Assembly: GCA_963786955.1 (NCBI GenBank)
Contig: CAWBAT010000002.1
Coordinates: 1-64,000 of the forward strand
Direction: 5' to 3'
DNA: 64,000 nucleotides
From: an uncultured Acidimicrobiia bacterium
Lineage (GTDB): Bacteria > Acidobacteriota > Terriglobia > Versatilivoradales > Versatilivoraceae
The notes below the pieces were generated by a model, which saw nothing but the letters and a program-made list of their open reading frames with translations, ran no database searches and was not told where the DNA came from. Positions within the stretch are counted from its first letter, which is position 1, and each line of letters begins with the position of its first letter. The position numbers and the translations under genes are program-made. Positions 39,696 through 49,187 of the stretch are shown piece after piece.

Positions 39696-40183
39696 TCCGC
39701 GTACTTCGACCCATCGAGTGCCGTACCCGTGCTTTTGCTAAAGATATCGTAAACATTCTGCCCGCCAAAGCTCTTGGAGTCAGGGCTGTCCTGGGAGGAT
39801 CGCAACCCCCATTCCGTATTCCCAGTCATGGGATCCCTTGGAATCCGGCGCAGGAATTTCAGCTTCTTGTCGACTGCATTGAGTTGAGCCACGCCTTTGA
39901 CCAGTGTTTCCATGTCAGGCGGGTAGCCTTCACTTCCAAACTTTAATTCGACGAAACCACGGTCAGAAGCATCTTTATACCGGTCAATGGCCTCTCGTAT
40001 TTCTCTCAGATTTCGGCGTAACTCCACTTCTTTTTCACGCTGGATCGTCACACGCGCCAGAGGCAAAGCGGCCATGGACAGGATACACACAATCGCAACC
40101 GTAAAAATCAACTCAATGAGCGTCAGGCCTGCCTGGCTTGTTAGGGTGAGTATTCTGGATTTCGAATTTCGGGTGCTTCGCAA
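39689..40183 (-). CDS. Type II secretion pseudopilin
   Basis: AGLTLIELI and FLRRIPRDPMTG. Confidence 0.88.
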   Translation of the reverse strand: MRSTRNSKSRILTLTSQAGLTLIELIFTVAIVCILSMAALPLARVTIQREKEVELRRNLREIREAIDRYKDASDRGFVELKFGSEGYPPDMETLVKGVAQLNAVDKKLKFLRRIPRDPMTGNTEWGLRSSQDSPDSKSFGGQNVYDIFSKSTGTALDGSKYADW

Positions 40184-40225
40184 GAAGGTGTCCTCCCGAC
40201 TCTGTCCACATCACCTTCTAAACCT

Positions 40226-42487
40226 TCATTTTACCGTAATTTGAGTGCCTGAGGAACTCGCCGGCAACATGGATTTCGTCCCATCAAGGATGGTCGCCTG
40301 GCTAAAGTTAATCGGAGAAACCCCCGGGCCTGTGCCTTGAAACACCAACAGGAGCAGTCGGCCTGTTCCTGTAACCCCGGGAGCATCTGCCATCCGGTTC
40401 AGTGTCGCGCTGAATTTACCGGTTTCATTCTCAATACTAGGCACTAGAGTACTCGGCCTGCCATCCTGGGTCATCAATCCGCCCTCCTGCACTTCGAGAA
40501 GCTTCAGAACCTTTGGATCGTAAGAAAGAGCGAGATCAAGGCTGCTGACATTTTGCGCGTTCTCAAAGGAAATGGTCACAAAGGATTTGCCCCCCACAGG
40601 AACTTCAGGATTGGACGACTCCATTTTCAAAAAGGCCAGTCGAGGAGCAGGCTGGTTGTCCGCAGGCGCAGTGCGGGGCTGGGCTAGCTGAGAAGTATCA
40701 TCTTGAGGCACTACCGAAGGAGCCGGAGCCGTTGAAGCAGCCGCGTCTGTCGGGGATTTAGCGGCAGGCTCACTGCTACCGAGTCGAGGAGGTTTCCCGA
40801 TATACCGAGGATTGGTCCCCGAACCCAGAATAGAGAGCGATTTTAGGTCAACCTCCTGAATATCGGGGAGCCGAACAATGTGGGGGGTGATGACGATGAT
40901 GACTTCAACTTGATTCTTGTCTCTCTTTTCAGTCGCAAAAAGATACTTAAGAATGGGAACCCTATCTATTCCGGGGATTCCTTCTGTCGTCGTGAGGTCC
41001 TCTTCGGAAAGAATTCCAGCAATGATACTGGATTCTCCCTCTTTGAGACGGATTTCGTGCTCCACTTCACGATTGGCGAGAATGGGATACTTATTCTCGC
41101 TTAACGTTTCAAAACCCACGATTGCCTTGATCGCCACATGGACATTCATGGCAATATCCCGGTTCATCATGACTCTAGGAGTCAAATCCATATCCACACC
41201 CACATTAATCGTTGTGAATTGAACGACCGGGGTTCCACCAACGGTGCCTCCAAACACGGGCTGGAAACTGCCCGATGCGACCGGCTGCTGCTTCCCAATC
41301 CGCAAGGTGGCTTTCTTACCATCTGCGGCTCTAAGGGTCGGGTTTTGCAGGACCCGGCCACCTTTTATATTTTCATGGAATGTGGCTGATGGAACGGTGA
41401 CATAAAAATTGCCGCTGCCCAATTTTGAGAAATCTTTGATGGAGACTGTTTGACCTGTACTTCCGGGCGGGTTAACCCCTTGGATCGAGGTGGGCAGTGA
41501 AACTCCGAGATCCGTTAGCCGTTCTCTATTTACCTCAACAAGACTCACCTCAATAAGCACCTCTGGCTTGGCCTTGTCGATGGATTGAAGGATCTTCTCA
41601 GCCATTGCGATCTTGTCAGGTGTGTCACGAATCACGATCGCATTTTGACTATTGATCACGCCAACTTTTCGTAAGTCGAGTAAGGTTCGCAGTGTGTTCA
41701 AGATTTCCTGCAGGTCGGCTGTCGCCAGCGAATTTCCGAGGTAAAAGGTTTTGATCACTTGCTCTTCATAGAATTGGCGGGTCTGCTGATTGTCATTGGT
41801 AACGATGATGGTGTTCTTATTGACAACGGCCCAATAAGTTTTGGTCTGCAGCGCCAGAAGATCAAGGGCTTCGATCGCCGTTACATTGTTCAAATCAACC
41901 GGCACTTGCTGAGTCAAGCGATTTCCCAGATCCGAATCGAAAATGACGTTGATCCCGCTGACTTTACTAATTGACTCATAGGCCCGTTTCAGGTCCCCGG
42001 TCAATTTTAAAGAGATGGGGGCACTATTCGCAAATGTAAGTAAATCTCGGGCAGTAGAGAATTTACTTTTTTCGATCATATCGACGAGCTTATGTCGCTC
42101 GATTTCTTCTTTATCCTTGTTTTCTTTAATGAGTTTCTCGGTCGCCTTAATTTCCTGGTCAACCAGCCGATTCGATGGATCAATTTTGGCAGCCAACTGA
42201 TACTCAGCCAAAGCACCTTCGCTATTACCAGCCTCACGCAGTTTTCGTCCCAAATCCGCGTGATAAATCGCAGCCGAGCTTCGGGCATGATCGTAAGCAG
42301 CCCGGTAAGTGAAATCTCCAGGATTCTGTTCCAGCGCCTTAGAAAAATAGGCTAACGCCTCATCGTACTTTTGCTCCCTCTCGAACTCTACCCCCTGTTT
42401 AAAGGCCTTAGAGGTAGCACAGCCGGCAAAGAAGAGAATGGGCAGCAGGGCGACCAAGAGTCTTCTAAGGCAATTTATTTTCATCAT
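40226..42487 (-). CDS. Secretin (GspD-like) lipoprotein with TPR N-terminus and C-terminal cohesin-like domain
   Basis: Lipobox FFAGC, IDKAKPEVLIEV, GIPGIDRVPILKYLF, and C-terminal LSYDPKVLKL...GTGRLL. Confidence 0.88.
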   Translation of the reverse strand: MMKINCLRRLLVALLPILFFAGCATSKAFKQGVEFEREQKYDEALAYFSKALEQNPGDFTYRAAYDHARSSAAIYHADLGRKLREAGNSEGALAEYQLAAKIDPSNRLVDQEIKATEKLIKENKDKEEIERHKLVDMIEKSKFSTARDLLTFANSAPISLKLTGDLKRAYESISKVSGINVIFDSDLGNRLTQQVPVDLNNVTAIEALDLLALQTKTYWAVVNKNTIIVTNDNQQTRQFYEEQVIKTFYLGNSLATADLQEILNTLRTLLDLRKVGVINSQNAIVIRDTPDKIAMAEKILQSIDKAKPEVLIEVSLVEVNRERLTDLGVSLPTSIQGVNPPGSTGQTVSIKDFSKLGSGNFYVTVPSATFHENIKGGRVLQNPTLRAADGKKATLRIGKQQPVASGSFQPVFGGTVGGTPVVQFTTINVGVDMDLTPRVMMNRDIAMNVHVAIKAIVGFETLSENKYPILANREVEHEIRLKEGESSIIAGILSEEDLTTTEGIPGIDRVPILKYLFATEKRDKNQVEVIIVITPHIVRLPDIQEVDLKSLSILGSGTNPRYIGKPPRLGSSEPAAKSPTDAAASTAPAPSVVPQDDTSQLAQPRTAPADNQPAPRLAFLKMESSNPEVPVGGKSFVTISFENAQNVSSLDLALSYDPKVLKLLEVQEGGLMTQDGRPSTLVPSIENETGKFSATLNRMADAPGVTGTGRLLLLVFQGTGPGVSPINFSQATILDGTKSMLPASSSGTQITVK

Positions 42488-42655
42488 GTTAACTGTTAAT
42501 TCGTATCTTTGAGTAACAGGTTCGTAATCGTAAAGGAAGGTCGAACTTCTCAATCTCAATTTTCTTTAACGTGACTAGTCTAGTCTTTAAAACTATGAAT
42601 CGCCGTTACTGTGTCATTCTATTTATCTTACATCATAAATCAAAGACTGCACAAA

Positions 42656-42684
42656 TTGACAATTCTTTTCGCCTGGGCTAGACT
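42656..42684 (+). promoter_or_regulatory. Putative sigma-70 promoter for the sugar transferase
   Basis: TTGACA, 17-nt spacer, TAGACT. Confidence 0.65.
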
Positions 42685-42874
42685 CGCCATTCATTTAGTC
42701 GGCAAATTCGTCCAAAAAATGAGCTTAATCATTGAACGGAATTTTCTGTTCTTGCTGTTAGTTTAGAAGATAAAGCGTCTTGGGCCTCTTACTATTCGAG
42801 GCATGGCTCTCCCCTCCGAGTGGCTTTCCTCATATTCACCTCCGCTCCTGATGTGAAGAGCAACGAATCGGCGT

Positions 42875-44290
42875 ATGATTCAGAAAAAGTACCGCATTGC
42901 AGTTGCCACCTACGCACTCTTTGAGTCCTTCGTTACAGCACTTTCCTTTGTTGCTGCCTACTACCTTCGAACTCAGCTTCCGGGCGAGTTTTTTGGCAAG
43001 GTTTTCCCATTTAAGGACTACCTAGGCTTGTTGATAGTGGTCATCCTGTTGTGGATCATCCTATTTTTCCTGGTCCGCCAGAGAAAGGCTGACTTTGCGG
43101 AAGATTGGGTTGAAGTGACGCAGGAGATTCTGTTAACAGTTATTACAGGAACGGTTCTGATCAGTGCAGCCATCTTTATCCTCAAGTACGATTTTATTAG
43201 TCGTCCCTTCATCGTTATCTTCGCTGTGATCAATTTCATGTTCCTGTCTGGTTTCCGCTACTTCACAAAGTCCGGCGCCAGCCATTTTAAGAGGATCCTT
43301 GCCGGGGAGAGACGGGTGCTGATCGTGGGAACAGAGGAAAGGGCAGGGGAAGTCGCAGAAGTGCTCGAGGCGGCACAACAATGGGGATATAAGCTCGTGG
43401 GCGTCGTGCAAGAATCACCCCAAGCTCTGCTGGACGAAAGACTTAAGAGGTATTCGCTCATTCCCCTGGACATGGTCCCTACAGTCCTGAACGAGCATGT
43501 TATCGATGAAGTAATTTTTGCCGTATCAAAAGAAGCCTTAGCTCGCCTGGAAGAGATTTTTCTCCTCTGTGAAGAGGATGGAATCAAGACTCGGGTCATG
43601 CTCAGCTTTTTCCCTCATGTCACGTCGAAAATCTATTTAGAAGCTCTCAAAGGCCTTCCGCTGCTGACGTTTTCGACGACCCCAGAAAACGACTATCTTC
43701 TTTTTATCAAAAGCACGATCGATCTTCTATTGGCGTCCCTCTTCATGGTCGCCCTTTTCCCTTTGTTGCTCCTGATTACCATTCTCATCAAATTGACTTC
43801 CCGAGGGCCTGCTATCTTTACGCAAGTGCGTTGCGGGCTGGGAGGCAGAAGATTTGACTTATTTAAGTTCCGATCCATGATCTCGAATGCCGAAGAGGTC
43901 CGGGATGATCTCCAACATTTAAATGAAATGACAGGGCCCGTATTTAAGCTCAGTAAAGACCCGCGATGCACTCCACTAGGAAGATGGCTGAGGAAATTCA
44001 GTCTGGACGAGCTTCCTCAATTGATCAACATTTTGAAAGGGGATATGTCATTTGTCGGGCCGCGGCCCCCGCTTCCCGAGGAAGTCGAACGGTACGAGCG
44101 CTGGCAGCGAAGACGCTTGCGAATGAAACCCGGGTTGACCTGTCTCTGGCAGGTGCAAGGGCGAAACGAGATTGATTTTGAAGAATGGATGCGACTGGAT
44201 CTTCATTATATCGATAACTGGTCACTGTTTCTGGATTTAAAGATCATCTTACAGACCATCCCGATAGTCCTTCTGGGCAGGGGTCGTTAA
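42875..44290 (+). CDS. Polyprenyl-phosphate glycosylphosphotransferase (WcaJ family)
   Basis: TM N-terminus, FKFRSM, LRKFSLDELPQL, GDMSFVGPRP and KPGLTCLWQV. Confidence 0.93.
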   Translation: MIQKKYRIAVATYALFESFVTALSFVAAYYLRTQLPGEFFGKVFPFKDYLGLLIVVILLWIILFFLVRQRKADFAEDWVEVTQEILLTVITGTVLISAAIFILKYDFISRPFIVIFAVINFMFLSGFRYFTKSGASHFKRILAGERRVLIVGTEERAGEVAEVLEAAQQWGYKLVGVVQESPQALLDERLKRYSLIPLDMVPTVLNEHVIDEVIFAVSKEALARLEEIFLLCEEDGIKTRVMLSFFPHVTSKIYLEALKGLPLLTFSTTPENDYLLFIKSTIDLLLASLFMVALFPLLLLITILIKLTSRGPAIFTQVRCGLGGRRFDLFKFRSMISNAEEVRDDLQHLNEMTGPVFKLSKDPRCTPLGRWLRKFSLDELPQLINILKGDMSFVGPRPPLPEEVERYERWQRRRLRMKPGLTCLWQVQGRNEIDFEEWMRLDLHYIDNWSLFLDLKIILQTIPIVLLGRGR

Positions 44291-44381
44291 ACCGAATTTT
44301 TACCGCCAGTGAAAACAGACACACTGTGTTTTTGAGGAATGCCTTTCGCCGGGCGGGGATGAATCATTGAGAATGCTTCAT

Positions 44382-44420
44382 GCCTACAAGGGTTGTAGGC
44401 CGCATGCCCTCATGCGGCGC
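44382..44420. repeat. Isolated REP-like unit related to the MITE core
   Basis: GCCTACAAgggTTGTAGGCCGCATGCCCTCATGCGGCGC compared with GCCTACAActTTGTAGGCCGCGTGACCCCACGCGGCGC in copy 1. Confidence 0.65.
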
Positions 44421-44495
44421 TGGTGGTGAGCAATCCGAGTTAGGCCGTGGATGACAGGCTATTGGAATACCGGAGATTAGCTGGGAGTCAACCCC

Positions 44496-46247
44496 CTAAA
44501 CTGTGGATTTGAGAACCAGCAAAGTGAAATCGTCCTGAATCGTGCCATCGGCCGCAAATTCGAGGATTTTCTCTTTGACCAGGAGGGTAATTTCTTGAGC
44601 GCTTAAAGATCGATGAGTACTGGCCAGTTCGAGGAGCCGTTCGACCCCAAATTCTTCTTCATTCTTATCGTAAATTTCCGTAACCCCATCAGTATAAAGC
44701 AGCAGGATTTCGTTTGGCTGGATCTGGACATACCCTTCCCAGTAACTGGCGTCGGCAAACGCTCCCAAGATGAGCCCCCCGGTCTCAAGCTGGGTTGAGC
44801 TTCCGTCAGCGTGGATCAAAAGACCAGGAGTGTGACCGGCATTACAGAAGGTCAGTATGCGGCGCTTTTCATCCAGCACGCCATAAAAAGCGGTGACAAA
44901 CTGATTAGAATCCGTACTCTCCCACAGAAGTTGGTTGACTTTGGCCATTATCGTCCGGATTGAATAATTATTACGAATCTCCGCCAAGAGGCTGGCCCGG
45001 AAGCTGGCCATGATCAGGGCGGAAGGAATCCCTTTGCCCGACACGTCTCCGACCACTAACCCCCATTGTCCTTCGACTATCTTGATGAAATCATAGTGAT
45101 CTCCGCTGACAAGACGCGACGGCAGATTGAGCCCTGCGACTTCAAAGCCTTTGATTTGCGGATTTTGAGCGGGAAGAAAACTCTTTTGAATTTCCCGTGC
45201 AATCGAAATTTCCTGTTCGAGTCGTTTCTTGCTCAGCAACTCGCGATGGAGACGTGCCTTTTCAATTGAAATGGCCACCTGATTGGTAAATTTTTCAAAA
45301 AGCTCCAAATCATAAGCCGTGTAGACATCGGGTTCACGACTCTCCAGCGTGAACACCCCAATCATCCTCTTGTTACTAAAGATGGGAGCCACCATCGCCG
45401 AATTCAACTTCCTCTCCAGGCTGGTCGGCTCCTGAGACTGGCGTCCCTCTTTCAAAATCACCGCCTTTTCCGTTTTGATCACCACCTGCAGCGCTTCTCG
45501 TCCCGCCTGCATCAGTTCGTCTTGCTCCACCGTCTGGTCATAACCATACACGACCATGCGTTGAATATCTTTGGTGCTTCGCTCTAACAAATAGATCCCG
45601 GCGGCGTCATAAGGGATCAGAGCGCGCAAGGAGTCGATAATCAAGTCCAATAGTTCATCGAGCTCGAGAGACGCGCTAATTTTCTCGCTGACTTCAGCCA
45701 GCTTCTTCTCTTCCAAGCTAATCCGTTCGGTTTGCTCGCGCAGTCTGAAATAGTTCAATCCTGTTGCAATCTGGTAGGAAATCACCCTCAGGTAGCGCAA
45801 TTCCGCCTCGGTAAAGCGAGTGGATTGTTCCGAGAAAAACACTTCAACAACCCCGAGGACTTCGCCTCGGCGAATGAGAGGCGAAGCCAGCACATGTTCA
45901 GATGTCACCCCGAAGGCCTGGAAGATTGTTCGTGAAGGGCCGTATTCCTGTAAGCTCTCGACGCGTCGAGAGAGATGGCTGGCGGCCACGACCCCTGCCA
46001 AGCCTTCTCCCACCTTTAGCTTAAACTCCGTGAGAACCGGCTCGCTCCCCGGAGAGTAGTAGACCAATTCATCACGGTAGAAATCAAAAATGGAGACGAG
46101 AATCTCCGAACATTCGAATTCCTCCTGGATGAGAAGATTGACGTTTTCGAGGAGAGCTTGAAGCACTGGGGCGGACTGCAGTTCCTCGTGGATCTTTCCC
46201 AGGACGGTTGTTTTTGTTTCAATCGGAATTTCTGAAAATTTTAACAT
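44496..46247 (-). CDS. GAF-GAF-PP2C (SpoIIE/RsbU-like) phosphatase
   Basis: AREIQKSFLP, VSGDHYDF, GDVSGKG, YTDGVTE and DDFT. Confidence 0.92.
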   Translation of the reverse strand: MLKFSEIPIETKTTVLGKIHEELQSAPVLQALLENVNLLIQEEFECSEILVSIFDFYRDELVYYSPGSEPVLTEFKLKVGEGLAGVVAASHLSRRVESLQEYGPSRTIFQAFGVTSEHVLASPLIRRGEVLGVVEVFFSEQSTRFTEAELRYLRVISYQIATGLNYFRLREQTERISLEEKKLAEVSEKISASLELDELLDLIIDSLRALIPYDAAGIYLLERSTKDIQRMVVYGYDQTVEQDELMQAGREALQVVIKTEKAVILKEGRQSQEPTSLERKLNSAMVAPIFSNKRMIGVFTLESREPDVYTAYDLELFEKFTNQVAISIEKARLHRELLSKKRLEQEISIAREIQKSFLPAQNPQIKGFEVAGLNLPSRLVSGDHYDFIKIVEGQWGLVVGDVSGKGIPSALIMASFRASLLAEIRNNYSIRTIMAKVNQLLWESTDSNQFVTAFYGVLDEKRRILTFCNAGHTPGLLIHADGSSTQLETGGLILGAFADASYWEGYVQIQPNEILLLYTDGVTEIYDKNEEEFGVERLLELASTHRSLSAQEITLLVKEKILEFAADGTIQDDFTLLVLKSTV

Positions 46248-46302
46248 GGTGCTCAAAATTTTTTCGCCAAAATAACTTAAAGGGGAACCGTCGAGTCCGC
46301 GC

Positions 46303-46992
46303 TTATCCATCAAGCGGTGGAGTGGCGGAATATTCGGTCCTGTCCTCGACCTTTGCGATTTTGAAGGACCGCCTGCGTTCCGCGCACTTATTGCAGGCGC
46401 CACAATGGAGATCTCCGATAGGGTGAATACAAGAGAAACTCAAGTGTAAGGGAAGGTGACGGCCCAATGCGATAACGTCCGGCTTGGAATAATTCGAGAA
46501 AGGGGTAAGGATCTGGAGTGGCATGCCCAAAGCGAGTTCTGCATTTTCGGCAAAGCGCTTGAGGAAATTCGGCGAACTGTCAGAAAAAGGGTTGCCCTTC
46601 AAAAGACCCATTGCCACGGTCGGAATCTGATTCATGGCACAAAAAACTGCGGTCTTTGACAACAAAAGTAGATTTCTCCCAGGCAAATAAACCTCCAGGT
46701 CGTCAGACCGATAATCGGGAGTTTCATTCCCGGTGGTGCTCCAGTGGCCGCCATAGAGATCTTCCAACGGCAGGGCAATTTGTTTTAAAGGCAAGATGGA
46801 TCCGGAGCCTAGCCGATTGAAGAATTTTTCGATCCAATAAATTTCAACGGGTTCCCATAAGAGCCCGCTCCGGACGTAAACAGGGTAAACTTCAGAGTGA
46901 AGCTCTGCCATTCGGGCCACCAGAACACAACTGTCAAGCCCTCCACTCACCAAAACGCATATCGTGTTGCGACGACGGGAATCTGTTTTCAA
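46303..46992 (-). CDS. queC: 7-cyano-7-deazaguanine synthase-like protein
   Basis: SGGLDS PP-loop, YLPGRN and SC..P...HCGACNKC zinc motif. Confidence 0.82.
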   Translation of the reverse strand: MKTDSRRRNTICVLVSGGLDSCVLVARMAELHSEVYPVYVRSGLLWEPVEIYWIEKFFNRLGSGSILPLKQIALPLEDLYGGHWSTTGNETPDYRSDDLEVYLPGRNLLLLSKTAVFCAMNQIPTVAMGLLKGNPFSDSSPNFLKRFAENAELALGMPLQILTPFSNYSKPDVIALGRHLPLHLSFSCIHPIGDLHCGACNKCAERRRSFKIAKVEDRTEYSATPPLDG

Positions 46993-47401
46993 TAATGACC
47001 CGAGTCTTTACCTGTTTTATCCGGGCATGCGACCCTTCACAAGGACAATAGTCAGGGCATTTACCGGGCTACCAGGAATTGCATCCCCAACCGGCGTCCT
47101 TTGGCCGGGACCGGAAAAATTCTACCGTCGATGCCTCACAGGGGTAAAGGAAATTCCGCCCGATGAGGACTCGCCGACCGGGCTTCAGGACTTTCGAAAA
47201 AAAATCTAGACAATCCGGGAACTGCTGGCATAATCTCAAATCGTTCGCCTATTATTCGAGTCGTTTGAATGTTTTCGCCCTCACAATCATTTTCTGTGAG
47301 CATGATACGATCGTCTTGCGGTTCCTGAAACTGCCGTCTGGCCCCGTACTTCCTAGTGCTTGAGCAACACGAGTTCAATTCGGCAAATCCACTATTTACA
47401 A

Positions 47402-47477
47402 CGTGGTTCAACGGAGAACCGCGGGTTTGAAATTGGGAAGATAACAGATGCTTCGGTCGGGATGCAATGACGCATCC
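47402..47477 (+). promoter_or_regulatory. Putative ANTAR-binding dual-hairpin RNA in the amtB leader
   Basis: CGTGGTTC-AACGGA-GAACCGCG and GGATGC-AATGAC-GCATCC. Both hexaloops have A1 and G4 and are closed by C-G. Confidence 0.55.
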
Positions 47478-47564
47478 ACAAATCGAAACAAAGAAGGAAC
47501 GATAAAGAGTCGGTTCTCATAGAAGGTTTCTGAGTGACACAAATTCCGAATCGAGGTTTGAGAT

Positions 47565-48956
47565 ATGAATTCTCCAAAGTATTCTCTCCTTTCCCGTTTT
47601 TTGTTTCTGATCCTTTGTTTGCTGGTGTTGGTCCCTTCTTTTGCGCTGGCCCTTCAGTCGACGGAAACGGCCGCACCAACGGTGGCGGCGACAACCCCTG
47701 CTCCTAAGATTGATACCGGAGACACTGCTTGGATGCTGACTTCAAGCGCATTGGTCCTGCTGATGACTCCGGGACTTGCTTTATTCTATGGAGGGATGGT
47801 TCGCCGCAAAAATGTGTTGGGGACCATGTTACAGAGCTTCATCCTTGTGGCTGTCATCAGTGTGTTGTGGGCTTTTTACGGCTACAGTCTGTCCTTCCAT
47901 GAAGGTTCATTTTGGGGAGGATTTAAATGGAGTTTTTTGAATGGCGTTGGAGCCGATCCCGATCCCTATGGCTATGCTGGAACAATTCCGCATCAGGTCT
48001 ATATGGTATTTCAATTGATGTTTGCGATCATCACCCCGGCCCTGATTACGGGAGCGTTTGCCGAGCGCATGAAGTTCAGCGCGATGCTCCTGTTTATGAT
48101 TCTCTGGGCCACGTTTGTTTATGATCCCTTGGCCCACTGGGTTTGGGGGAAGGGAGGGTGGTTGCGTTACGGGGATCCAGCAGCCGTTTTTGGAGCACTC
48201 GACTTTGCCGGTGGAACCGTAGTGCATATCAGCTCAGGAGTGTCCGCGCTGGTTGTCGCGTTGGTCATCGGCCGACGTTTGGGATTTGGGAGCGAACCAT
48301 TTATTCCACACAATCTTACGATGACCTTGACGGGGACAGGTCTTCTCTGGTTTGGTTGGTTTGGCTTTAATGCAGGGAGCGCGGTCGCTGCAAACGGTTT
48401 GGCCGCCAGCGCCTTCATTGCCACTCACTTTGCAGCTGCTTCCGCCACTCTGGCCTGGACCTTGGCCGAGTGGGTATTTAAGGGAAAACCGAGTGCCTTA
48501 GGCGCTGTGTCTGGGGCGGTTGCCGGACTCGTGGGGATTACCCCCGCCTCTGGATACGTGAGCCCCATGGGCGCACTGGCCATTGGCGCAGTGACTGGCT
48601 TTGTTTGCTTCCTGGCAACCTCGTACATGAAGAATCGACTTGGATACGATGACTCACTCGATGCGTTTGGCGTTCATGGTGTCGGGGGGACTGTAGGCGC
48701 TCTGCTGACCGGCCTATTTGCGTCCACTGCGATCAACTCGGCCGCAGCGAACGGGCTTTTCTACGGAAATCCTAAACAATTGCTCAATCAGGTCGTGGCG
48801 GTCCTTGTCACCTGGATTTACTGCATCGTCATGTCCCTGGTCATCATTAAAGTCGTCGACCTTCTGGTAGGATTGCGCGTCACGGCTGATGAGGAGATTG
48901 AGGGTCTTGATAGTTCTCAACACGGCGAAAGCGGCTACAATCTCGAGGAAGCTTAG
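47565..48956 (+). CDS. amtB: Ammonium transporter
   Basis: DTAWML, PGLALFYGG, DFAGGTVVH, WFGWFGFNAGS and DDSLDAFGVHG. Confidence 0.96.
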   Translation: MNSPKYSLLSRFLFLILCLLVLVPSFALALQSTETAAPTVAATTPAPKIDTGDTAWMLTSSALVLLMTPGLALFYGGMVRRKNVLGTMLQSFILVAVISVLWAFYGYSLSFHEGSFWGGFKWSFLNGVGADPDPYGYAGTIPHQVYMVFQLMFAIITPALITGAFAERMKFSAMLLFMILWATFVYDPLAHWVWGKGGWLRYGDPAAVFGALDFAGGTVVHISSGVSALVVALVIGRRLGFGSEPFIPHNLTMTLTGTGLLWFGWFGFNAGSAVAANGLAASAFIATHFAAASATLAWTLAEWVFKGKPSALGAVSGAVAGLVGITPASGYVSPMGALAIGAVTGFVCFLATSYMKNRLGYDDSLDAFGVHGVGGTVGALLTGLFASTAINSAAANGLFYGNPKQLLNQVVAVLVTWIYCIVMSLVIIKVVDLLVGLRVTADEEIEGLDSSQHGESGYNLEEA

Positions 48957-48988
48957 CTCACTGGGCTGGTTTGGGCATGGATGAAATA

Positions 48989-49169
48989 AATGGCCGCGAA
49001 TAAACGCGGATAAACGCAAATAGGTCTCCCATGTCAAACCCCGCAGTTGCTTGCAGGGATTTTGAAAGTTCGACGCGCAAACAATCGAATATGCTTCGAT
49101 CTTGCTTTGGGCATCGGGAGTTTCGAGAGCTTCAATATTCGCGTTTATTTGCGTTCATTTGCGGCCATT
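48989..49169. repeat. Inverted repeat built from 10-bp periodic units (MITE-like)
   Basis: AATGGCCGCGAATAAACGCGGATAAACGCAAATA (48989-49022) and TATTCGCGTTTATTTGCGTTCATTTGCGGCCATT (49136-49169). Confidence 0.7.
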
Positions 49170-49187
49170 CATAATCGTAGTCGTCCC

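Noticed and set aside
47005-47040. Minus-strand GGGTCGCATGCCCGGATAAAACAGG upstream of queC resembles a preQ1-I riboswitch
   Set aside because: Only a 3-bp P1 stem and a loop too short for the aptamer; likely coincidence unless an Rfam search hits.
47340-47356. TGGCCCCGTACTTCCT as a sigma-54 promoter for amtB
   Set aside because: It lacks the near-invariant GC at -12 (has CC).
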